Of a stretch of 64,000 nucleotides of DNA, positions 11,567-20,692 are shown in pieces; positions within the stretch are counted from its first letter, which is position 1, and each line of letters begins with the position of its first letter. The DNA comes from Candidatus Neptunichlamydia sp. Lineage in GTDB: Bacteria; Chlamydiota; Chlamydiia; Chlamydiales; Simkaniaceae. The notes beneath the pieces were generated by a model. It was not told the origin of the DNA. It did no database searches and saw only the letters and a program-made list of their open reading frames with translations. Made by a program: the position numbers and the translations under genes. The stretch spans positions 800,001-864,000 of the forward strand of contig OZ247587.1 of NCBI GenBank assembly GCA_965233865.1, in the 5' to 3' direction.

Positions 11567-12234
11567 GACAAATTAAATTTTATTTTTTAACTCTCTTGGC
11601 CATCTTAGGCTTTTCTTCTACTGCATTTTCAGAGGAAAGTTCTGAATATAAATGGGTGCCTCGCTATCTTAATTCTATAGATGGGGAAACTACTGCTGAC
11701 GAGGTTATAGACTTCCTGTTTAATGTTAGAGAAATGATTGTTAATTAGGGGTACTCTGTTCCTCTTGTTTCAGAAATTTTTGCTTCTTCTCTAGAAGAAA
11801 TAAGAACTAGATCAGGAATTTATCTAGATGAAGACTTTATTGAAGGTTTTTATGAAGAAATTATTTCTAGAGAAAATGATTCTCATTCTTTAATTTCTTT
11901 TGGTTCTCTTAAGGATAAGGCGAAAATTTTTTTGGTAAAGAAGAGTAAAAAAAGCAAAATGAAAATTTCAAATGGTTTTGCTAAAGGGTTTTGTAAGGCC
12001 CTTGGGGGAGCTCTCCTCTGTATAATCCCACACCCTGTAACTTGGGGACTTGGAACCACTTTAGCTGCATCTGGTGTTGTAGATATGATCAATCATGCTG
12101 ATGATCCTGATGGGATTACTATGGAAGAGCTAGACAGACAATTGCGCGAACGTCAAAGAATAGGAGCTGAAAATATGTCTTTTTCACCAAGGACGAGGCC
12201 TTTTAGGAATACAGAATACCCAATCAGTGCCTAG
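11563..12234 (+). pseudogene. Secreted hypothetical protein with one in-frame TAG (11746-11748)
   Basis: Signal peptide MRQIKFYFLTLLAILGFSSTAFS; same frame continues through the stop into 11932..12234. Confidence 0.65.
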
Positions 12235-12249
12235 AGGGAATATCTACTA

Positions 12250-12498
12250 TTAGAGTAGGCAGTTTCTGCACTCCTTTAAAAAGTCTCTGTGCATTGCCCT
12301 ATCCTGAAAAGCTTCCTTCGTGAACCTTCCATGCTTTGTTTTGGACTCCTTAATGCGCTTCCTACCTTCGATAGTTTTGGGACCTGCATAGGCTCCGTGA
12401 ATACGACAGACCGCTTTCCCTTTGACAGCATGCTTCTTACATTGGACACCGCTTCTTTTACTTTTTGCTCTGCATTGGGTCATTTCTATTCTTTCCAT
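12250..12498 (-). CDS. HGGxSTG-domain-like small basic protein (phage/ICE associated)
   Basis: CRAKSKRSGVQC...CRIHGAYAGPKTIEG. Confidence 0.8.
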   Translation of the reverse strand: MERIEMTQCRAKSKRSGVQCKKHAVKGKAVCRIHGAYAGPKTIEGRKRIKESKTKHGRFTKEAFQDRAMHRDFLKECRNCLL

Positions 12499-12519
12499 GG
12501 GGTTCTATTGAAATTTTTT

Positions 12520-14014
12520 ATCTAACCCCCCTTTCCACTGATGTGTGAGCCAATGATCGCCTGACCTTCATTATAGACATGATTATGCTGAACATTGATC
12601 TGTTAGTGAGGCCGTCGATGTTTATCGAGCTTTTCCTTAAACTCAAGAAGGAGTCGCGATAGTTTAACTCCCCGCGATTGTCGGTGGGTTCTTTTTTGTT
12701 CATCAGAACGATAGGATCCGGATATAAACTCACGGTTAGATAGGTGGTCTAAGATGATCATCTTCGTCACTATCATGAGCTCCTGCGCGTCTCTCGGACC
12801 AAGTTCTTGAAAGAGGCTCAAAACATCTGTACACCATCTCTGGAAAATTCGTTTGATTTCATCCGTATTCTTCCCCTCTAACTCGTTAGAACCTGTAAGA
12901 ATGCAGTTAATGCAGTCAACAAAGGCTGAATATGCGATCCCAATGCTATGAACTCCAAAAGTTTGAAACACCTTTGCACATAGCAAGTTCCCATACCCCT
13001 CTTCTTCAGGAGACATACAGTCTAACTCAAATTTGATACCACTATTTAGATCCATTTCAACTTTTAACCCATTATCTAAGGCTAATTTTCCTTCCCACCA
13101 GGAACAAACAAGCTGCACCTCTTCATCAGAAGGTTTAGCCGGAACTGTAGGTTGTGTTGAGAAATTTCCATGAGTGGTGCAAGCTGACTTCCTGAAGAAG
13201 GAGATCTATATGCTATACCCGCATAAAATAAATGACCACGCCTGGTCGAAACTTTACGAATATCTGAGTAATTACCCCAAAATACACACAAATAACAAAG
13301 AGAAAACTCGTTACTTTGTAGAGGCTGTATTTTGGATTGCCAAGAGCGGAGCACAATGGCGTTTGCTACCAAAGGAATATGGAGACTGGAATGCCGTCTA
13401 CCATCGTTTTGCAGACTGGGCTGAACATGGTGTGTGGTACAAGATGCTCTACTATTTTTCAAATGATCCAGACATGGAATATATTATGATCGACAGTACA
13501 GTCCTCCGCGCTCATGCCTGTGCCGCAGGAGCCAATAAAAAAAACCGGAGGTCAAGACGAGCAGGCCTTAGGTCGGTCCTGCGGAGGTTTTACGACTAAA
13601 ATCCATAGTATCTGTGATGCATTAGGTAATCCACTTGATTTTATTTTAACAGGTGGTCAAGCAGCTGATTGTCATCAAGCTATTCCTTTGCTCAAAGGTA
13701 GGGATTACAAAAGATTATTGGCTGACAAAGGCTACGACAGCAATGCAATCATTGATCATGTAAAGAGCATCGGAGCTGTTGCCATCATTCCCTCAAAGAA
13801 AAATCGCATTGATCATCGAGAGCATGATAAAGACATATATAAAGAACGACACAAAATCGAATGTTTATTTGGCTTCCTCAAACATTATAGACGATTGTTT
13901 TCTCGGTTCGAGAAGTTAGCATCAAGGTTCAAGGCATTCCTTCATTTTATCGCGGCTCTCCAATGGTTAAAGTAAATTTCTCAACACAACCTAGTGTTAC
14001 TCTTTTTCTTTGCC
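12520..14014 (-). pseudogene. Phage/ICE hypothetical protein, split by IS5 and carrying a nonsense codon
   Basis: Removing the IS and one TA restores MAKKKSNTTVPAKPSDEEVQLVC; LGPRDAQELM motif; TAA at 12603-12605 followed in frame by QINVQHNHVYNEGQAIIG. Confidence 0.7.
13150..13991 (+). mobile_element. IS5-family (IS427-group-like) element, apparently intact, two-ORF transposase with -1 frameshift
   Basis: IR GGTTGTGTTGAGAAATTT at both ends; TA target duplication; orfA (W.LLPKEYGDW, IDST) and orfB (ADKGYDS, RHKIECLF); A-run slippery site near 13537. Confidence 0.92.
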
Positions 14015-14018
14015 ATGA

Positions 14019-14357
14019 TTATCTCCTTGCTTGATGAGCCCTTCCGGATATCATTTTTCGAGCCTCCATTTTAGTCATATTATCTGTGATATTAACGCCG
14101 TTAGCTCTGAGCCAACAGACCTGTTTAACTGTTGCCGGCTCGTTGAATTTGCTATCTAAAAGCTGGGAAGCACGACCCTTGGAAATGTCCTCGTCAAAAT
14201 AAATCCCACATTTGGAAAGAGCCTCCTTCTGTTTTTGGGTAGCGGGCTGTGTTCTCCACGCAGCATCTTTGCGAGCCCATGCGCTTTTCGTGGTTTGTTT
14301 CCTCGCCCAATCCTCAGCAACTCCTAGAGCATAGTCAAGAGGAAGCGCTCTTCTTGA
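14019..14357 (-). pseudogene. C-terminal remnant of phage-type DEAD/DEAH helicase
   Basis: WRTQPATQKQKEAL...ISKGRASQL...EPATVKQ repeats; N-terminus replaced by IS DNA. Confidence 0.55.
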
Positions 14358-15029
14358 AAGATTGAAGATTTTCTTACGGTTTTTACGGCAATCATAGACC
14401 CCATCGAGGCTCATGGTGGATCCTTTAATGTTGAACCCCACAGCCTTTGCCATACTTTTCAATGGGCCCATTGCTTCACGCATGAGGGGAGACTCATTCT
14501 TGTTGCCTCGTGCGAAAATCATAGGCGCTATAACATTGCAGTTGCGATCACATAGAGCGACAACCTTATCGCCTTTCATGTGTTTGTGACCGTTGAAACC
14601 TATATTATCGCCCCTTTTTTAGCCGTTGTCGTGCTACCATCTCCGTGAATCACATCGGTATCTAATAATTTTTTTGAAAACAACTGCTGAACGGAACCCA
14701 CAAAGATCTTTTCGAAACAGTCATCTCTATGCCAGCGTTGAAAGGTGCGGAATATGCGAGTGTGGTGGATTTCCGGCTTGCCAGATGCATCTTTGTTAAT
14801 GGGGATTTCTTCCTATTGACAACCGGTATGCATCAACTTCAAAATGTAGTTGAAGAGACGGTAAAATCACACCTTTGTCTTAGATCCTCTCGATCTTTCC
14901 ATGAGGTGGGGCAAGACAAATTGGTCAAACTCCTCTCGTGACAGATGGGTCGGAATGCTTTAGTATTTCTTGCTTCTACTCATTTTTACTCCTATACGAA
15001 GCTGAGGTTACAATCCATCTGCAATCAAA
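14358..15029 (-). mobile_element. IS5-like element fragment (same family as 8720-9464), no IRs
   Basis: Near-identity to 8770-9040 plus the internal segment deleted there; frameshifted transposase. Confidence 0.8.
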
Positions 15030-15939
15030 CCGCTTTTAATCCTTCAAAAGAGGGAACGCAGTAATCAATAGGGATCTCTATTTTTTCGAGAACATCTTTT
15101 GCATCGATATCAAGAGCTAATTTTATCCTGATTAGCGGGCACCGATCATGAATATCCTTGATGACGGTTGGAATGTTCACTTTTGATGAGGCTGATAGAA
15201 CTGGTGTGGTTTTCACCAAGGATTCCCAAATAGTACAGGCTGTTGCCATTCCTTCTGCTATCCAAATCTCACCCTTGTTTTCGAGATCCCCAAGAGAAAA
15301 AAAGCATCCTGCAGTTCTTGATCCCTTATGAAAATATTTTCTTCCAAGATTTATGTACTGAATCCCTCGAAGCTTTCCATCAATGTTTCTATAGGGAACA
15401 ACAACCGAATCATTCCCTTTTTCATCTTTTCCGAATCGTATTCCAGGGCAGCTTTTTACTTGCTTCTTTTTGAGATAGGGGTGGTTTCCATCTTTCTTGG
15501 CCCTGTCCCACGCCTTCTGCAAAAAAGAGAAGTCTTCACTGGTATTGTTTCTTTCAATTTTATCAGGAGAGACCTTTCGATGAATCGATTGTATGGTTTC
15601 AGAGTTGAGGGTTCTTCCATTTTGATGATAGTTTGTTAAAGAAGCTAATTCTTCAAGAATTTTTGGAAATTCCCCCTTGAGGTTTAAACCCATAGACAGA
15701 CCATACAGATCGATTAAGCTTCCTTCAGCGCCACAGCTATGACACTTGAAGCATTTTTGTTGTTGGCTGATAGATAGGGATGTTGGATTATCGCCTCCAT
15801 GAATGGGGCAATAATCTCGGACTTCCCCCCCAGAAATTTTGGGTTTGCTTTTTTCATACCCGATGATTCTAAGAATGTCTAGAGGATCCAACCATTCGTT
15901 AAGGTCTTTGGCTTCTATTTTATGCGCTGTAGTTGTCAT
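15025..15939 (-). pseudogene. CHC2 zinc-finger/TOPRIM primase, C-terminally truncated by IS
   Basis: CPIHGGDNPTSL...CFKCHSCG; TOPRIM-like IAEGMATA and LDID. Confidence 0.8.
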
Positions 15940-16241
15940 TTCTCTCCATTAATAAATCGCTCTAACTCTTCCATAGATATTCTCCAACTCCCGGCCTTAT
16001 TCAACTGGAAGGCCTTTAAGGACCCAGACTTTATTGCCCTACGGATTGTATCCACATGTACATCTAACATCTGGGCGGCTTCTTTTATAGTTACCACCCT
16101 TTTTCCCATAGAATGGACTATTTTTTCCAGTTCTTCGATACGATCGGGAGGGAGCTCTTTGAGATCCTTGGCAAGTTTGTCTAACCGCTCTTTTATGCTG
16201 CTATTTTCGTCATCACTCGATGAATCGATCCGTGATTCCAC
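15936..16241 (-). CDS. Excisionase-like HTH DNA-binding protein
   Basis: VTIKEAAQMLDVHVDTIRRAIKSGSLKAFQLNKAGSWRI. Confidence 0.85.
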   Translation of the reverse strand: MESRIDSSSDDENSSIKERLDKLAKDLKELPPDRIEELEKIVHSMGKRVVTIKEAAQMLDVHVDTIRRAIKSGSLKAFQLNKAGSWRISMEELERFINGEK

Positions 16242-16587
16242 TTCGAGCCTCCTCTGTTAAACGCCCCTCTTCTATTCATTTCTGCGGCGATCTTTCGTGT
16301 GCTAAGACCTTCTTCCATTAGATCCTGAATCTGCTTTAGAATTGCCTTTTCTCTCCCGTCTTTTTCGATATGGACACCATCTTCAGCGAGTCGATACCCA
16401 AAAGGAATATGCCCCACGCGTTCATTCTTTTTCTTTTTAGCCTGCATGGCTGCCCGTGTTCTCTCACATATGATATTGCGCTCGAATTCTGCAAAGGCGT
16501 CGATCATTCTCCTCATAAAAACTGAGGAAGGGTTATTATCCTCTGTGCCTTCTCCTGCTGCTGATACAATTCGAGCTCCTTTATTTT
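16193..16587 (-). pseudogene. Serine recombinase, N-terminal catalytic part deleted
   Basis: AFAEFERNIICERTRAAM, GHIPFGY, LSTRKIAAEMN, WNHGSI. Confidence 0.85.
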
Positions 16588-16588
16588 C

Positions 16589-17056
16589 ATGCTCTTTGGA
16601 TACATTACAGGTGTCCTTTCATTGCGTTTCCTTCAAAAAATAAAAGATATACTACTCCTCAAGTTGGGGATTTTGGTCTCGCTGTTTTCTTCTATTCTTC
16701 TATGCTTAAATGCGACCTTCCTTTCAGGGATTTCTATCTACACCAATTCCGAGTTGGTCTTACTGTTTTGTTTTAGTTTTGGATACGGATTTATTGTGCC
16801 TTGCATGTTTTCTATGTTATCAAACAATTATAAAGATGTGCATTTTCAGGGAAAGCTTTACGGGTTAATAGAATCTGGCGACAACTTATCTTTTGTGTCC
16901 GCATTCTTCATTGGCAAACTGTTTATTTTCCTTCACTTCAAAAACATTTTTATTTTTATTGCTTCCCTTTTGGCGTTTGTTACAGGTGAACTCATAAGTT
17001 CAAAATTCAAGGGTTCGGGAAAATTGTATGGAAAAGTTATTAATCAAAGGCATTGA
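16589..17056 (+). pseudogene. MFS transporter C-terminal fragment
   Basis: Several TM segments, QGKLYGL motif; fused back-to-back with the recombinase remnant. Confidence 0.6.
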
Positions 17057-17999
17057 AAGTGAAGCTCTAAGCTTTATTAGACATGGAATTTCTTGCAATT
17101 GTCTAGTATTCCTATCAAAAAGCGAATTGTAGGACGACTTATCAAACGGAAAATGTGTCAGTGAATTCAACTTTAAGAGCTCAGATTTATATCCTGCTTA
17201 CCATTCTGCTTTTCTAACCTTAATCCAAGACGGTGTAGTTACTTTTTCAGATGAGGGATATCAACTTTCTGAATTGGGACATTCTTTAAAAAATTATCTT
17301 GGGCTTATCAATATGCTGTTTGATGGATACTCCGGTTTGATGAGTCAGCAGAGCTCTATTTCTAAAAATTCAAAAAACTACGATTTTCCAACTTTGTTAA
17401 ATGGAGAAGCCATAGCTGAATCTTCTATAAGATTTGGTGAAAAAACTGTCGATCCCTTTCTTTTAAAAGAGTTTTCAAAACTTAAGTTTTCTGGTACAAT
17501 CTGTGACTTGGGATGTGTTCTTTGCACAAGATTGTCTAAAATTTGCAAGCTAACAAACCACCCTGGCTTAGGCTTTGATAATATCCCAGAAGTAATCGAA
17601 GATGCCATCAATGCGTCTGTCGATGATAAGCTAATCTCATGCGAGTGCCACGATATTAAAAAGTTAGAGGGAATATGGGAAGATGTTGTAGTTCTGATGC
17701 AATGCTTCGTATTTCACGATTTTGTTCCGGAAATTAGATGTAAAGGTGTAATTGATTCTTATCTAAATAATTTCCCTAACTTAAAAAATTTCTTCTACGT
17801 TGATATTGTAGCTCCTTCCCAATCTCAACAAGATATGATGCCAGGTTTTGATTATGTTCATGGCTTGATGAAAATAAAAACAAGAACCTACGAAGAAACA
17901 ATTCAGATGTTTAAAGATTCCAGGTTTGAGGTTACCAAAGAAACTCCTATTCGTGGGTTACCAAATACATTTTTATGGATTTTATCACCTAAAATGTAA
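17028..17999 (+). pseudogene. Class I SAM-dependent methyltransferase with in-frame TAG at 17130-17132
   Basis: ICDLGC, GLGFD, CFVFHDF; frame from ATG 17028 continues through the stop into 17274..17999. Confidence 0.7.
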
Positions 18000-18038
18000 C
18001 ACTGTTAGCATAATATTTACAGGAGAAAAAAAGCGGGT

Positions 18039-18311
18039 ATGAAACTAAAGAGATCGATAAACCAGACACGAGAGTTATATTTAGAAGGACAAGAGATAAG
18101 GAAAGAGGAGGCCAGAGAACCCTTGTTGATCCCTATAATTCCATTCGTACTAACTCTCCTTGTTGGTTCAATTATAGGATATTTCGCCGGATACGCCTTT
18201 CATCAAAGGCCATCTTCTGGAATTATAACGGGATTAGCGGCTGCCTCTATTATTTTCATTGTTGTGCAGCTAGAGCGCAAAAAATCAATTAGAAACCGTC
18301 AAAGTCACTAA
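18039..18311 (+). CDS. Small membrane protein
   Basis: Two TM segments, upstream AGGAG. Confidence 0.55.
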   Translation: MKLKRSINQTRELYLEGQEIRKEEAREPLLIPIIPFVLTLLVGSIIGYFAGYAFHQRPSSGIITGLAAASIIFIVVQLERKKSIRNRQSH

Positions 18312-18367
18312 CGTCTTCATAATCTTCGATCACGTTCAATGTAACACTGTGTTACATATTCCTAACC

Positions 18368-18715
18368 TTAACAAGGAGAGGAGTTTAAACTTAATGTTAA
18401 AACAGAAACAAATGAAGCCATTCCTAAAAATCCCCATAGGAAAAGGTATTTGATCGAAACTTTTTTAAACGACACAATAAATCCGGCAACAAGAGAAATT
18501 GCCCCCAAAATTACTGAGGCTCCAGCTAGAAAAGAGAGCTTCCAGCCTAGAGTTGCATCAACTACAAAAGAAACCGCACCCGCAAAGAAAAGGGTAAATG
18601 CTGAGATAAATATCAATCCTGTCCAACAAAAAATGGAATGCCATTTCTCCTCATCTCCTTCCTTTTTAGGTCGAAGAAATCCCACAACGATGACAGATAG
18701 AAAAAGAATAGCCAA
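18368..18715 (-). CDS. Membrane protein, about 4 TM (start uncertain)
   Basis: Hydrophobic segments only. Confidence 0.5.
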   Translation of the reverse strand: MAILFLSVIVVGFLRPKKEGDEEKWHSIFCWTGLIFISAFTLFFAGAVSFVVDATLGWKLSFLAGASVILGAISLVAGFIVSFKKVSIKYLFLWGFLGMASFVSVLTLSLNSSPC

Positions 18716-19052
18716 AAATACAGCCCCAAACTTCAGCGCTAGTGATTGTCAAGGTAACAACGAAAAACATTTAAATGACTGCAAAATAGTTACATCCGTA
18801 GTTTTTTCTCAAAAATCTCAAAGAATGGTTTTATTCTCTACCTTTTACAAAAACTTCCGATCGTAGTCAACCCCAAGGTTGTTTCAGTCAAAAACGTTTT
18901 AAACAGTACTAAAATCGACTAATTTATGTTTAGCTACACCTAAGTACACCTTAACTTAGTTTATCAACTCACAGGCTCTTAAAACACTTTTTTTTTAAGT
19001 GTTCTGTTGCCAGTATCTGTATGGTTCAAGCTTAAGTTAACAAAGGGATCCA

Positions 19053-19961
19053 TTATTTTATGTAGAGGATGTTTTTTGAGAAGTTTATGTAGATGACATG
19101 CTTTTTAATAAAGTCCATGCCTAGAAACCCATCGATATCTCTCAGCTCTTCCGTCATCTTGAGAAAGTATAGATCTTTACTCCCAAAATTAGTTTTGTTG
19201 ATGGTAAATTGAGAAGTCATACATTGGGGAATGCCATAAGGACTCATTTTTTTCTCTATGTCTTTAGGGTAGAGAGATTCATGCATTGTCGTCAAAGTGA
19301 ATCCTGTATCTAGTAAAAACCTCATTTTCCCTAAATCTGTATCTACTTCAATAATTATCCCTTTAGGACTAAGCTCAAAGGGAACTTTTTCAAAAGTCTC
19401 GAGATCATACCCGGCTTTCTTAAGGTTTTTGATGTTACCTGCAAAAATTATTTTAGAAGATTCCATATCTAGGAGAAGGTTGACTTTCTTCAAAAGCCCT
19501 CTCCCTATATGTCCAACGACTTCAGGAATGCTCTTTTCTCGATTTGGATCTTCCCAAATAATAGTTCCTTCGCTTTCCTTCGAAGGAGATTCAACTATAA
19601 TAGGATTTTTAAAAGTTAGTGATCCAATTTCCACCTTTGGAAGGGTGAAAGTTGGATGTTCAAACTCCGTTCCTCGAAAGTTCTTCCATTTTTCAGTTCC
19701 ATAAGGACGCTTATGAATTTTCTTTAGAGTATCCGAATAGATTTTCATCTCCAAGCGTGACCCTAAATCAACTTCTAAAGGAATGGTTACACCATCAATT
19801 TTAACATACACATAAGGTGTTTTCGTGTCCTCAAATTTTACAGGAAGTGCGATATAGTAGATTTGCTGCTTGAAAAAAATAAAAAAAACACTTAACACGA
19901 GGCTCACTATTAATAGAATGAATGAGATTTTTGCGTATCTTTTTCTAGCGATGTTTATCAT
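19053..19961 (-). CDS. Membrane-anchored two-domain retropepsin-like aspartyl protease
   Basis: N-terminal TM; VDLGS...GHIGRGLL and LLDTG...DGFLGMDF. Confidence 0.8.
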   Translation of the reverse strand: MINIARKRYAKISFILLIVSLVLSVFFIFFKQQIYYIALPVKFEDTKTPYVYVKIDGVTIPLEVDLGSRLEMKIYSDTLKKIHKRPYGTEKWKNFRGTEFEHPTFTLPKVEIGSLTFKNPIIVESPSKESEGTIIWEDPNREKSIPEVVGHIGRGLLKKVNLLLDMESSKIIFAGNIKNLKKAGYDLETFEKVPFELSPKGIIIEVDTDLGKMRFLLDTGFTLTTMHESLYPKDIEKKMSPYGIPQCMTSQFTINKTNFGSKDLYFLKMTEELRDIDGFLGMDFIKKHVIYINFSKNILYIK

Positions 19962-20411
19962 CTAAAAACTTATTGTTCCCCCTACTCTTACTTCTCCACT
20001 GGTGTTTCCATCTTTATCTTGGCTAACGCTACCACTTGCAGATCCTGAAATGGTTCCATCCTTGCTGCTAATATCTACTTCAACTTCAGCGCTTTTATTT
20101 CCTTCTGTATCTGCGCTTCCAGAAATAGAAACCTCTCCATCCACTTTGTCTCCACAAAGAATCACATCTGTATGAAAGTTCCTTTCAGAGCACTCTTGAG
20201 TGGTAACAGTTGAGATGGTTGTTTTCCCTTGTTGCATATTCCCCAAGCTCATTGGATACAAAAGAGCGGCTTTTCTGACTTCGTCAATCTGAGGATTATT
20301 CTGAGATGTGCAAAGGCTACGGCCATTCCACAATGCCTTATTTTCTTCTTCAAAAAGACTCTCTCCAACAAATTGCTGAATGGTTTCAGGTTCAATGCTT
20401 TCTATAGACAC
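19962..20411 (-). CDS. Hypothetical protein with Gly/Ser-rich beta-repeat C-terminus
   Basis: ORF abuts protease start; repeats such as ISGSADTEGN / ISGSASGSVSQDKDGN. Confidence 0.6.
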   Translation of the reverse strand: MSIESIEPETIQQFVGESLFEEENKALWNGRSLCTSQNNPQIDEVRKAALLYPMSLGNMQQGKTTISTVTTQECSERNFHTDVILCGDKVDGEVSISGSADTEGNKSAEVEVDISSKDGTISGSASGSVSQDKDGNTSGEVRVGGTISF

Positions 20412-20637
20412 CCTACTTTCTCCTTATGTGAGTTACTGGAGAGGCAATAGTATCCATATAATTGATTTGAATCAAGTGTCTGATTGGTACACTCTTTTTG
20501 AGTTGGGATTTCTAAAAGGGTGAATTTGGCAGCCCCGTAGTTAAAAACGAAGGGGCGCAAGCCAAAGAGGGCAACGCCATTATACTTATACTATAACGTT
20601 GAACTTTTTTTTGGATTTTCTCTATGAAAGAAAGGAA

Positions 20638-20679
20638 AAGCTTGTAACCCATCTATCGTAAGCTTGTAACCCATCTATC
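20638..20679. repeat. Two 20-bp direct repeats at 22-bp period (iteron-like)
   Basis: AAGCTTGTAACCCATCTATC at 20638 and 20660. Confidence 0.85.
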
Positions 20680-20692
20680 TAAACATTGATAC

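Noticed and set aside
14019..14579. Novel transposase-helicase fusion protein
   Set aside because: Chance in-frame junction between an IS fragment and a helicase tail at ~14357.
20638..20679. CRISPR array
   Set aside because: Only two repeats separated by 2 bp, no spacers, no cas genes.
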